Below, one piece after another: positions 36,400 through 47,978 of a stretch of DNA of 64,000 bases. The notes under the pieces were generated by a model that saw only the letters and a program-made list of their open reading frames with translations, ran no database searches and was not told the DNA's origin. A program made the translations under genes and the position numbers. Source of the stretch: Selaginella moellendorffii (lineage: Eukaryota > Plantae > Lycopodiophyta); NCBI RefSeq assembly GCF_000143415.4, contig NW_003314426.1:62001-126000 (forward strand). Reading direction: 5' to 3'. How positions within the stretch are numbered: position 1 is the first letter of the stretch; every line of letters starts with the position of its first letter.

Positions 36400-38400
36400 G
36401 TGAGTAAGGATAGGCTTAATATTACTAGAATACTCCAAGTTGTGAGAAAATGGATGTGCATTGGTCATAAGTTGGAATACAATAGAGAAGTGCTAACTCT
36501 CCCCCTTAATTACTCTTACATGGTGGCAATTGCCACTTCTTCATGAGTCATGACTGTCAACTATAAAGCTTTGCGCTTTTTTTAGCGAGCTGGTCATTGA
36601 TGCATTGTGTTTCCGCACATACTGTCCTCTAGGACATATCTCTAGAGTTAGGATTTTGCTCTTTGCAATGGAGTGTCAAGTTTGAGTCCTTGTGGTAGCT
36701 TTCTTGAGTTTTTTCTTTGTTGGTGTGGTAGTGTTGGAGAAGCTTGCTTCATGTTGGTCTTTGGCATGTTTGTTAATGAGTCTTAAAACATTTGTTAGTA
36801 TCTAAATCTTGTTTTGGGTCAAAGTTCTTCAAATTATTATTTTTCTTCATGTTGTTTTCTTGAGCTTGATTTTTCAGAGTCTTTCTTGTGTTGGATTTTT
36901 GAATTTGAGCTTTGTGTTTTTTTATTGTGTTGAGTTCTTGAGCTTGAACTTTGTAAATCTTAAATGTGTTGAAATTTTGAGTTTGAGTCTTCATAGTCTT
37001 GATCTTTTGATTTTCATGCCTGTAGTTCTTCTTGATATTTCATTCTTGATCTTTAAAACTGAAACCTTTATTTCTTTTAAGATTGTTGTTGATGATGTTT
37101 GAGTCGTATGATTGGTATTTCTTAAGCTTGTTAAGGTTGATGGTTTGGAGATGTTTGCCATCGAATGTTGCGATTGTTCCCATTCCTGGAGCTTTGAATT
37201 TTTGAATGAGGAATGGTCCTTCCCATCTTGACTTCACTTTCGAGCCGATTTTCTCAATGTTTTTTAGAAACCAAAGTACATGATCATTGATCTTCAATTC
37301 TTTATTTTTCTTTAATTTTCTCTTTTAGTCATGGTTGGATTTTCTTCAAGCTTGAATAGCTTCAAGTGTCTAAATTGCTTATAGTCTTTCTTTATCAAGT
37401 TTTTCTAGTGTGACTAGTTTTTTTTTTAATTGATTCTTCTTGGTTGATCTTGTAGTGTATTGCCATTCACAATGAAGGACGATGTACTTGAGTGGTGTTA
37501 GGGCTTCTAAGTCATAGGCAAGCTTGAATAATGTCGAATTTGTTGAAACCTTATATGTTGTTCAATATACCCATAAGGTATTGTAAATATGATTGTCCCA
37601 ATCTTTCTAATTTGTTTTTATGATTTTCTTGAGGATGTTCTTAAGTGTCTTGTTTGTCAACTCTATTTAACTGTTGCCTTGAGGGTAGTATGGTGTTAAA
37701 GCCTTATGTTTGTTTCTCTTGAAGCTTGTTATAAGTAGTCCAAAGAAGTCGAGTCCCTATCGTTAAAATGGTTCCAGTGGTGTTGTTAGATGAAGCTCTT
37801 AAATTTGTTTCTTTAATGTGTACTTGGTTTGTTGACAAATGTTGCATTCTCGACAAAATTTTACTAAGTTATGCCAAAGTGTTAGCCACCAGAGTCCTAC
37901 TTGCAAAATCTTGTGAGCTGTGATTTCTTTTGTGAAGTGGCCTCTTGCTTGTCCATAGTGGGCTTCTCCGAGTAGATCTTGAGTTTTTCAAGTTGTACAC
38001 ATCTTCGTAGCACATTGTCTCATCCTTTTTTGTACAATCTTCCTCCCACGACTGAATACCTCAAGGCAAATTATTTACGGTGATTAGAGATGGAGTATCG
38101 ATTTGGAATTATTGTTGTTATGAGGTAGTAGTAGATGTCATTCGTCCATGTTGATGATGTGTGGATGCAAAGTATGTTGGAGTCAGGAAAGTCGTCCATA
38201 TTATATTTTAGTTGTTCACTAGTTGTAATGTAACTAAGGTGGTTGGTTTATACATGTTGTTTGCCAGGTTTGTGAATAATCTTGAAGTTGTATGCTTGAA
38301 GTAATAAGAACCATCAGGCAATTCTACCGGTGAAGATGGTCTTGTTGAGGAGATGTAAAAGTGCTTTGTAGTTAACAATGATCTTGACTTTGGTGCTGAG
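36400..38400 (-). mobile_element. Highly degenerate gypsy integrase region with an AT-rich 3' region
   Basis: KVKSRWEGPFLI, PYYPQGN and HYGQARGHF remnants. Adjacent 33476-33950 and 35075-35790 are diverged direct repeats. Confidence 0.65.
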
Positions 38401-38459
38401 TAGGTAGTGTCAAAACTTTTATAGTGCATAGACCATTGCTAAAAGTTCTTTTTCAGTTT

Positions 38460-41400
38460 TCAGAAAGGCAACCCTTCTTCACATGCAACAGAAGCTTGCT
38501 TCACTTTCGGCTCAAGGATCAAGTAGAGTTCCTGAACTGAAGATGAGTTTCCCGGCGATGTTCTCAAGCAAGCATTTGGAGCTTCACAGATTCCTGAACC
38601 AGATGGAGCTGATCTTCGCACTTCAACATCGGTGGTACCCCACTCTCGAGTCTCAAATCGGCACGATCGAGACATTGCTCAAAGGTGCAGCTTTGTCATG
38701 GTTTTCTCCTCTCTTGGAGAAGAGCATGAAAGGGGTCGTGGTTCTGGAGCTGATGGATCTTCAGTTGTTCAAAGAGGATCTTGAAGCATGTTTTGGTGAG
38801 ATAGATTGGGTTTGGGTTGCCACCACAAAGATGAGACATCTCTCTCAGAGGTCTCATCTTGCCTCAATCTATGCTACGGAGTTCCAACTCCTTGCCTTGG
38901 ATACTCAATGGGATGAGCGGGCCTTGATTGATCAATTTCGTTTTGGCCTCAACAACAGTGTCAAGGATTTGTTGCTCACCATGGAGGATCCCACAGACCT
39001 GTCAGATGCCATCAACAAAGCTATTTGATGCGACAATCATCTCTTTGAACGTTGTTGGGAAAGTCACCACACCACCATTTTCCCGTCCCAGACTCAGGAA
39101 TCCCAGCTTGAGTCTTTGGGGCATACTCCTGAACCTACTACTCCGGTCCTAATGGATATTTCTGGTACTCCCCGACTCATCAGAGGGAAGCTAAGTCCTG
39201 CTGAGAAGCAAAGTTGAGTATCTCAAAATCTTTGCCTCTACTGTGCCGATCCTAATCACTAAGCAGCTGTGTGTCCTAAGAAGCCTCCCTGATTGCTCGA
39301 GTTCACTCTGCCTTAAGGTCCACCTCTATTGCAGTCGGGAAATGACCCTGTCCAAACAGAGTAGGAGCTGTCTATTTGAACTCCCCGAATAAAAACAACT
39401 TTTCTTCTTTATAAAACTCCTCACCACCTTTCATCAAAGCCACCACCAATTCCCGCAACTTTCGCATCCTATATCTCCTTTCTTTCACCGAACAATTAGG
39501 ACTCAAGGCTCTGGCGCTACTGGACTTGAGTGTAACTTCTTGCTTCATGGACACGGACTTTGCTGCCCGACATTATGTTCCTCTTTCTCCTACCATACGG
39601 GAAATAAGGGTTGAAGGCATTGGCAGGCAATTTGTGTCTCCATCTTTTGCACCTAGGGAAACATTGCCTATTCGAGTACATATTGGGTCCACCGTCACTG
39701 ATATCACCTTCAACATCAATAACAACAAGTCTTCCTCTGTGGTGCTCGGCCTTCCTTGGTTCCAACTGCACCAGCCTCAAATCTATTGGAAGGAATTACA
39801 GCTCATTTCTCCCACATCAGCATCTCCCATGTCTTCCCTTGTTGTTCATCGAGTCCGAATCAGGAAAAGTTCCCCTAAACTCAAATTGGGGTTTTGTTCC
39901 TAACTCTACAAAGTTTTCACCCTCTTATTTTCCCTCTCTTCCATCTTACATTGAACAATATCCTTGTCCCATCATTCCATTCTCTCCACAATCACTATGA
40001 AAGAACTCCTTCACAAAAAACCTATTTTCCTTTTTGCTTTGCATGTTTCTTTTGTCAGTCTTTCTGAGAAGTATCATGATTTTGGGAATGTGTTTGACAA
40101 GAAAAAAGCTAGTGTACTATCTATTCATCAGTCTTATGACTGTTCTATTGATTTACAGGAAGGAGCATCACCTTCGTGGGGGCCTATCTACAGATTATCC
40201 CCGTCCAAGTTTAAGGCCTTTGTAAGCAACCAAAGGGAACGATTTGAGACATAGTCCATGGGGTTCAAATATAGAGGGAAAGGGCCCATGAACAACAGTG
40301 CACCCCCTTCTCAAATCGGTTAAAGGTCTTGGGATATTTAGGGTTAAGTGTCCTTGGGTTTGAATAGTACTGGGCTGGGTGACCTCCCCGGAAGTCCAAA
40401 CTTAGGAGTTTACAGCCCTCAAAGAGTACATGGACGAGAACCTTGCATTGGGGTACATTCAGCATTCACAATCCCTGGCTGGAGCACCTATCTTCTTTGT
40501 CAAGAAGAAGCATGGGAGTTTGCGGTTAGTCATCGACTACTGAGGTTTGAACAAGGTGACTGTTTGGAACCATTATTTTTGGAACGCCTCGGTGGTGTGC
40601 ACTTCTTCACCAAGATTCACCTTTGTGGAGCATACAACCTGATCCAGATCCAGCCTAGCGATGAATGGAAGACTGCATTCTGAACCCGCTATGGCCACTT
40701 CGAGTACACGGTCATGCCCTTTGGCTTGACAAATGCTCCAGCAGTTTTCCAACATATGGCGAACGACATCTTTCGGGAGTTTCTTGATGTGATGGTGATC
40801 GTCTACCTCGACGACATCCTCATCTACTCAAAAACTTAGGAGGAGCACGACGAGCATGTGCGCAAGGTGCTAGTGAAGCTGTGGGAACATGGCCTATACG
40901 CAAAGCTTGAGAAATGTTCCTTCAATCAGGAGTCTGTGGAGTTCCTTGGGTACATTGTCACTCCTGAGGGTATCACGATGGATCCTGCCAAAGTCAAGAC
41001 TATTCTCGAATGGGAGCCTCCACAATCAATGTTAGACGTTCAGGTTTTTCTTGGCTTCACCAATTTTTACCGCAAATTCATTGATCACTACTCCGACATT
41101 GTCCTTCCTCTCACGCATCTCACTCGCAAGGATGTTCCCTTCTCTTGGTTTGCTGCTGCCCAGTAGGCCTTCGACACACTCAAGGTGGCCTTCAGTTCTA
41201 CTCCCATCTTGACCCATGCTGATCCCTCACAACCTTTCTTCATCGAGGCAGATGCCTCCAACTTTGCCATCGGTGCTGTGCTGTCTCAACTCGGAGCAGA
41301 TCAGCTCCTTGCCATCGTGGATTCCTTTAGAAAGTGGCATCATTTCTTGGAGGGGGTGAGCCATCAAACAACGGTCTAGATGGATCACAAAAATCTGGAG

Positions 41401-43220
41401 TACTTTGCCACTTCCCGAGTTTTGAGCCGTCATCAGGCAAGGTGGGCACAATTCTTGAGTCAGTTTGACTTTGTTATCAAGTACAAACCTAGAAAGCTTC
41501 AGGGCCTTCCTGATGCTCTTTCAAGGCACTCCTATCTCAGTCTCAGGCCTGGTAATCTTGCTTTCGATCAACAAGATCAAGTTATCCTTGGTCCTGATCG
41601 GCTTCAAGTTATGGCAATTTCCCTGGCCCCTCAGGACTCCTCCTTGATGGACGCGATCAGAAATGATCTTCAATCTGACGACCTCGCCAGTGACATTTTC
41701 CCCCATCTTTAGGTTGGACATCCAATGACTCCCAATTGTCGGCGATTTGACGAATTCGAGTTTTTAGATGGCTTGTTGTACCGTGGGGAGCAGCTTTACA
41801 TTGCTGAAGATGATGCTTGAAGGTTGGTCCTGATGGCATGCCACGATAGCCCAACTGCTGGTCACTTTGGCATTGCGAAAACCTATGAGCTGGTTGCACA
41901 GGACTTTTGGTGGTCTCACATGGACAATTACATCAAAGCTTTTGTTACTTCTTGTGACACTTGTGCCCGGAATAAGGTACCTTGCCACTTTCCTTTAGGT
42001 TTACTTCATTCCTTCCTGGTCCCTTCAGGTCCTTGGGAATCCATCTCAATGGATTTCTTGAGTGATCTTCCAAGTTCTAGAGGCTTCAACAACATTTTAG
42101 TTGTGGTGGATCGCTTCACAAAGATGGCGCACTTCCTGCCATGTACCAAGGAGCTTTCAGGTGAGGACATGGCAAAACTGGTATTCAAGGAAATTTTCCG
42201 ACTTCATGGGATTCTTGCAGATGTAGTTTCCGATCCGGGACCTCAATTCATCTCTCATTTCTGGCAACAGTTCCTGCAGCTTCTTGGAGTGAAGGCTAAC
42301 CTCTCTTCAGCGTATCATCCTCAAATTGATGGACAGTCCGAGCGAACGATTTAGACATTGGAACAATTCCTGAGATGTTTCATCAACTATCATCAGGATG
42401 ACTGGTTCGATATCCTTCCCCTTGCTGAGTTCTCCTATAACAACTCCATTCACTCCTCCCTTCAAGTTTCCCCCTTCTTTGTAAACTCTGGCTGAAATCC
42501 CCAATTTAATCTCTCACTTACTTCTCCATCCGAATCCTCTCGTTCAAATCCCTACTTTGAGGCATTTATCTCTAACCTCTAGGAAATCCATAACTCCATC
42601 TCCTTCCACCTTCATTGTGCTCAAGAATCTCACAAAACATTCACCAATGTCCATCGTTAGCATTGTCCCTCTTACAATATCAGGGATAAAGTCTGGCTCC
42701 TTAGGTGAAATATCTCCACCACCAGGCTATGTCCCAAACTCGATTTCAAACGCCTTGGTCCTTTCCTTATCACTGCCATCATTAGTCCTATCATTTATCA
42801 CCTTGCACTTCCCTCCTCATATCAAATTCACCCCGTTTTTCACTCCTCTCTCCTTGAGCTTTATATTCCTAGTCCTATTCCAAATCGGGTCATTTCTCCA
42901 CCTCCCCAGTGCAACTCGAAGATGGGTCTGAGTACAAGGTTCAGGACATCCTTGATTCCAAAATCTCACGGTCTAAACTCTATTATCTGGTAGATTAGAA
43001 GGGTTACGGACCTAAGGAATGCATTTGGGAACCTGCAAACCACTTAATTCATTCTCCTGACCTTATTCATGACTTTCAGTGCCACTATCCTTCTCATTTT
43101 AGTCTTCATTCTTTTCATTCCCCATCTCCCGTCCCTCGACGCCCAAGAAGGATCATAGTCCAGTGACTAAAGCACTATTATATGAGTATGGACTATCTTT
43201 TTAAGTTGGAGGCATTAGTG
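38460..43220 (+). mobile_element. Degenerate Ty3/gypsy chromovirus (gag, protease, RT, RNase H, integrase, chromodomain), copy B
   Basis: Gag LLKGAALSW and QFRFGL, zinc-knuckle remnant, protease [17 protein letters not shown], integrase. The 3' part duplicates 1-2060. Confidence 0.9.
40221..40414. mobile_element. Solo LTR (194 bp) inserted upstream of RT
   Basis: TGTAA...TTACA ends; TSD GCCTT/GCCCT; removing it restores [12 protein letters not shown]. Confidence 0.85.
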
Positions 43221-44596
43221 ATGTGAGCAGTGCTTGCTTTCCTTAAGGATATCCTAGAACTCCCTCATCTTGGCTATGCCATAATTCTCTACCTCAAAAG
43301 TACACTTAGCTCAGAAAAGTGAAATCATTTATAAAGAGACTATCTAAACTGCTGCGTAACCTTGTGTTATTGTGAAAGTTCTTGCTTCTTCATCATGTTA
43401 TTTACTTTAATCGGTCTTCAATCTATTCTCGGGCTTTATGATTCCTATATTCTTGTCTTGCTTGCTCACAACATTGTGTTTTTCCTGCAGAGGATTCCAA
43501 GTGTTGGATCTGGTTGATCATGTCCTAGTATGGAAACCGTCTATGTGTAAAAGTTTTTGATATTTTCTTTGGAAAAACAAAAGAGTTTGAAACTTTTGTG
43601 TTTTTTGGGATAAAGTTTCATACTTATATTAGAGAGTGTCCCAACACTTATTAAATTCTTCAACTAAAATTATAATATTGAATGCATTTCAATACAAAAT
43701 TAAGCAAGATATTTAATTATTGATCTTTTTCTATAAACAATGCTGGGTATAAACCCATTTAAAATATTTCATAATTTCTTTATATTGTAGGTTATGCTTG
43801 ATTTAAAGGAGTTTTTGTAAATTAATAATTTTTTTTCTCATCTAGATGTAATATAATATAAATAAGGAAGTAAACTTAATATTAGAGTAACTTAAAAATT
43901 AATGTTTCTTACATCATTATTCATTATATAGCTGTCTCTTGGTCTAGCTGATGTAGCATTCTAATTTCAGTACTATAAGTTTATGATAATAATATTAAAT
44001 AAAATTTCTCTAAATTATAAGAAAATATGTCTCTGATATATTTTTTTTCAATTATAGTTAATCACTTGGATCCCTTGGAAATGATGAACTTGAAAAGATT
44101 ACATAATGGCTAGTTGTAATATAGAGGGCACAAAATCTAGCTATCTAAGATTGATGGCCTGATAGTTAAACATGAAAGAACTTAAGAGAGTTAAATATTG
44201 TTCTAGCTATTTAAAAACTAGAAACTAGTGGGGACACCATTCCTTGCCATTTGTCCTGGTGTGCAACAGCTAGCAATTAACATTAATATTCAATGGTATG
44301 CAAATGCCTCAATTTAAACAAATGCCGAGCCTCATTAGTTGTTATTCTTAGCATTCAAGTATGTTAAGAAATATATTAGAATATACATTTGTGAGTGCTT
44401 GGAATATGGAAAGGGAATACAAAAATGTGCATATCAATTAGCCCAAAAACCCTAGCTTATATACAGGAGCGAGTGGTCCAGATTAAAACCAATCCGACGG
44501 CTACCAAAATCCCACTACACTAATATTAGTATACGGCATCGTAACCGTACACTTGGCCCTCACATCATCCCATCCTCTCGGGATAATAAAAGACCA

Positions 44597-45862
44597 TCAG
44601 GGTTCTCTTGAAAATGGGCCGGGATCTGGAGGAACATCAGGAGGAGGCATCGGTGGATCTGTAGGTGGTATTAACTCCTCCTGATCCCTTTGTACGAAGC
44701 ATTTCAGCCACTGCACATGCACAATCTCTGGAGGATCGGCCTGCTGAACGTCATGCCGAACCTCATAAACTTGTGGTCCAACTTGCCGTAACACCCGATA
44801 CGGTCCTTTCCATTGCGCAAGAAGCCCCTTAGATAAACCACGTACCGTAAGATGGGGAAAACGGACTAACACCAAATCATCCACTTTGTACTCCGTAGGT
44901 GGACGATGATGGGAGTTGTAGCACCGTTGTTGTCCCACTTGTACGCGGCCTAAGTGTTCGGCAGACTCTGCTCGAACAAGTGGAAGAATGCTCGTCAAAT
45001 ACTGATCCCATGATCTAGCATCGGCAGCTCGTGGCAATCGCAAAGGTAAACCCAGCTCCGTTGGTAATATTGGATCATGACCATATAGAAGTTTATATGG
45101 TGAAGCACCAACAAAACTCTGCACCTCTGTAATATATGCATACCGAAGAGACGGCAAATAACCATCCCAATCCAAATGCTGAAAATTCACATACTTCGCA
45201 ATCATCCCTTTGAATGTCCGAACAAGCCATTCCACCAGACCGTCTGATTGTGGATGATAAGCACTCGTGAAAGTGTGGCATATCCCCAATCGAGACGTCA
45301 AAACATGAAATGCCTCAGCCATAAATGTGGGACCATTATCCGAAAGAATCCGCTCTGGACAAGAATGCTGGAACACCACTCGATTGAGGAGGAAGTATCC
45401 AACAGCAATTGCAGAGGCGCTAGCAAGAGCACCAACTTCCACCCAACGAGTCAAGCAGTCAGAAGCAATAATAACATACCCATTGCCAGCAGTCGACCGT
45501 GGAAAAGGTCCCATAAGATCAAATGCCACTAACTCAAACGGACGGGAAACTGCAATTAACTCCAACCATCCTTCCGTAGCACGAGGGGGAGTATTACGAG
45601 CTTGGCACCAAACGCAGCTACGCACATACCAGATAATATCATGTCGCATCTCCGGCCAATAGGAAGACCTACGCAGCTTCTCGGTGACACGACGGTGTCC
45701 CATATGCCCACCAAGAATAGGAGAATCATGGTAGGCATGGAGAAACCGCGGAATAAACACCGAAGGCACCACCAGCCGTAAATGATCATCAGGATCCGTC
45801 CCCACAAAATAAAAAAGGCCATCTTCAAGACGATATTGAGAATGTAAATGCCAGAAAGGCAA
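44597..45862 (-). CDS. Gypsy integrase ORF
   Basis: HDSPILGGHMG, CVWC, FDLMGP, ILSDNG, YHPQSDGLVE, WKGPY. Confidence 0.9.
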   Translation of the reverse strand: MPFWHLHSQYRLEDGLFYFVGTDPDDHLRLVVPSVFIPRFLHAYHDSPILGGHMGHRRVTEKLRRSSYWPEMRHDIIWYVRSCVWCQARNTPPRATEGWLELIAVSRPFELVAFDLMGPFPRSTAGNGYVIIASDCLTRWVEVGALASASAIAVGYFLLNRVVFQHSCPERILSDNGPTFMAEAFHVLTSRLGICHTFTSAYHPQSDGLVEWLVRTFKGMIAKYVNFQHLDWDGYLPSLRYAYITEVQSFVGASPYKLLYGHDPILPTELGLPLRLPRAADARSWDQYLTSILPLVRAESAEHLGRVQVGQQRCYNSHHRPPTEYKVDDLVLVRFPHLTVRGLSKGLLAQWKGPYRVLRQVGPQVYEVRHDVQQADPPEIVHVQWLKCFVQRDQEELIPPTDPPMPPPDVPPDPGPFSREP

Positions 45863-47214
45863 GTCATCAGCAAGTGATGCAGGATTTTCAAACCCATCTC
45901 GAAGCCTTCGAATCCACAGCTCAATCTTTTGAGCCTCGCGAACCTCATCAAGAGAAGGTAGATCTTGCTCTGCGCCCTATGGACACTGAACGTCAAGGAT
46001 AGCAACCGCCGACGGCACAGAATCCTCATCTAGAAAATCCACAGATGCTGGAACAATAGGTTGGTCAGAAACATGAGAAGTGAGTGGAGAAGGAAGAGGA
46101 GCTCGAGAAAGGGCATCAGCATCAGCCATAGAACTCCGTGGGCGATGAACAACATTAAAATCATATATCTGAAGCTTCACAGCCCATCGAGCCGTACAAC
46201 CAACCAGGTTCTTTCGCTTCAATAATGAAGTAACAGCAGCATGTTCACCTTCAAGTAACGTCCGAGAACCATGTAGATATGCATGAAGTTTCTCGAAACC
46301 CCAGACTGCTGCTAAACACTCCTTCTCCGTCGTGGAGTAGTTCATCTCCGCTGGTTGTAATGTACAGCTTATGTATGCAATGGGATGGCACTAACCAGGC
46401 ACACTTGAGCTCTCTTGCATCAACACACTGTAAGCCACAAATTTTTCCTTTCCAATTTGCCAGCTTACCTCGCCTATCCGTCCAACACCGCCTTGGCTTT
46501 TGCTAAGTTCCCTTGCCAAGGTTCTCGCCTATGGTACCAGCTCCTACTTGGTCTCAGCTACTCACTGCACGAGCAACGGAGGGTTAGCCACCATCCACGG
46601 ATTCCCAAATCACTCCCAATCCCCCTCCCCGGGTTAGACTGGACTTAAGGTTCGGCTACACTCCCCGCAAGCACAAGCAGCCAAGCACACCAAGCTTCCA
46701 GGTTCCTAACATCCTTTGGTACCACAAGACTTGATCATGGGACCCTCTAAATCCCAAGTCTTGAGTGCAACACTTGCTTCGGGACGCCGGGGCGAAACAC
46801 CGTGGCCTAGCGGCCCGGTATGGGTACCTCTCGCCCCCCACTTCCATCCCGAAGGAAGGCCCAAGCCCCTAGGAAGGGCGAGGACCAATGAGCCGCATGG
46901 TACTCAAGTGGGGCACCACTCCACTTGAGCCGGGAGCACCGCAATCGGTTTCCCTTTCGGGAGTGGGAGCTACTCTTGAGCACTTCCTTGGATGGCCCCT
47001 CCGGCACCAACCAAGTCCATGCTCACTCCCACCCAAGGCCCCTCGGTCCCAGTCCCAACCTCAAGTCAGTTTGGGAGCCCCACTGGAGAGTCCCTTCTAA
47101 ACTGGTTCCTGGACCTCACTATCCCTACTATACTTTTGGAACCCTCTGCAGCCCCCCCCCCCCTGGGAGACGCACGCTTTGGGCTTTCACCCCTTGACCC
47201 GTATTAGTATTTGG

Positions 47215-47500
47215 ACTTAGTCTCTGGCTCGATCTCAGACCCGATTTCGGATCCGACTTCGGATTCGGGTTCGGACTCGATCTCGGACTCGATCTCGGAC
47301 CCGATCTCGGACCCGACCTCGGACTCGACCTCGGACTCGGTCTCGGACCCGATTTCGGATCTCGGACTCCGTCTCGAACTCGGTCTCGAACTCGGACTCG
47401 AACTCGGTCCCCGAGTCGGTCTCGGACTCGATTCCGGACTCGATCTTGAACTCGGTCCTAGAGTCGGTCTTGGACTCGATCTTCGACTTGGTCCCATCCG
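47215..47500. repeat. Tandem 6/12-bp minisatellite (CTCGGA-CTCGAT-like) in the chromovirus 3' region
   Basis: Repeated CTCGGACYCGAT. Confidence 0.85.
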
Positions 47501-47978
47501 ATGAACTCTTTGTCATTTTGGTCATGCTTTCGGGGTTCCTTTAGCCTACGACACCTCGGCAAGTTGGTTCCTTACAACTCCACCACCCATAGAAGAAGTT
47601 CGATGCCCACATCGAACGTCTCGTTTTATCCTACGACTTGTTGATCATGTCTCCGGGGGCATCCCCCCAGTTAGCGGTGTGCCTAAGTTAGCCTCCCCGG
47701 CCAAGAGCCCATGACAACGGAATATAGGTGTCCCTTTACTCCTCACCTCACCACGCCCTAGTATAGGGTCGGGACTTGAACCCAGCCTTGCTTTACTAGG
47801 GGGTTGGGACTCGAACCCAACCTCCGTAGAATACGTCTACGGATTCGACATCCCCGCAGGGAGTCGGGCGTAGCTCCCTACGCCTGGTCGACCTAGCTAA
47901 CCCATGCTAATTAGCTTACCTTCAGCGCGCCTTCGGGTCCCAACATATGCCATTGCTCAACTTCTCAAATTGATACTT

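Noticed and set aside
47204-47525. Ser/Glu- and Arg-repeat ORFs
   Set aside because: Minisatellite artefacts.
47766-47825. tRNA gene
   Set aside because: Only T-arm-like hairpins; no D-arm, anticodon arm or acceptor stem could be built.
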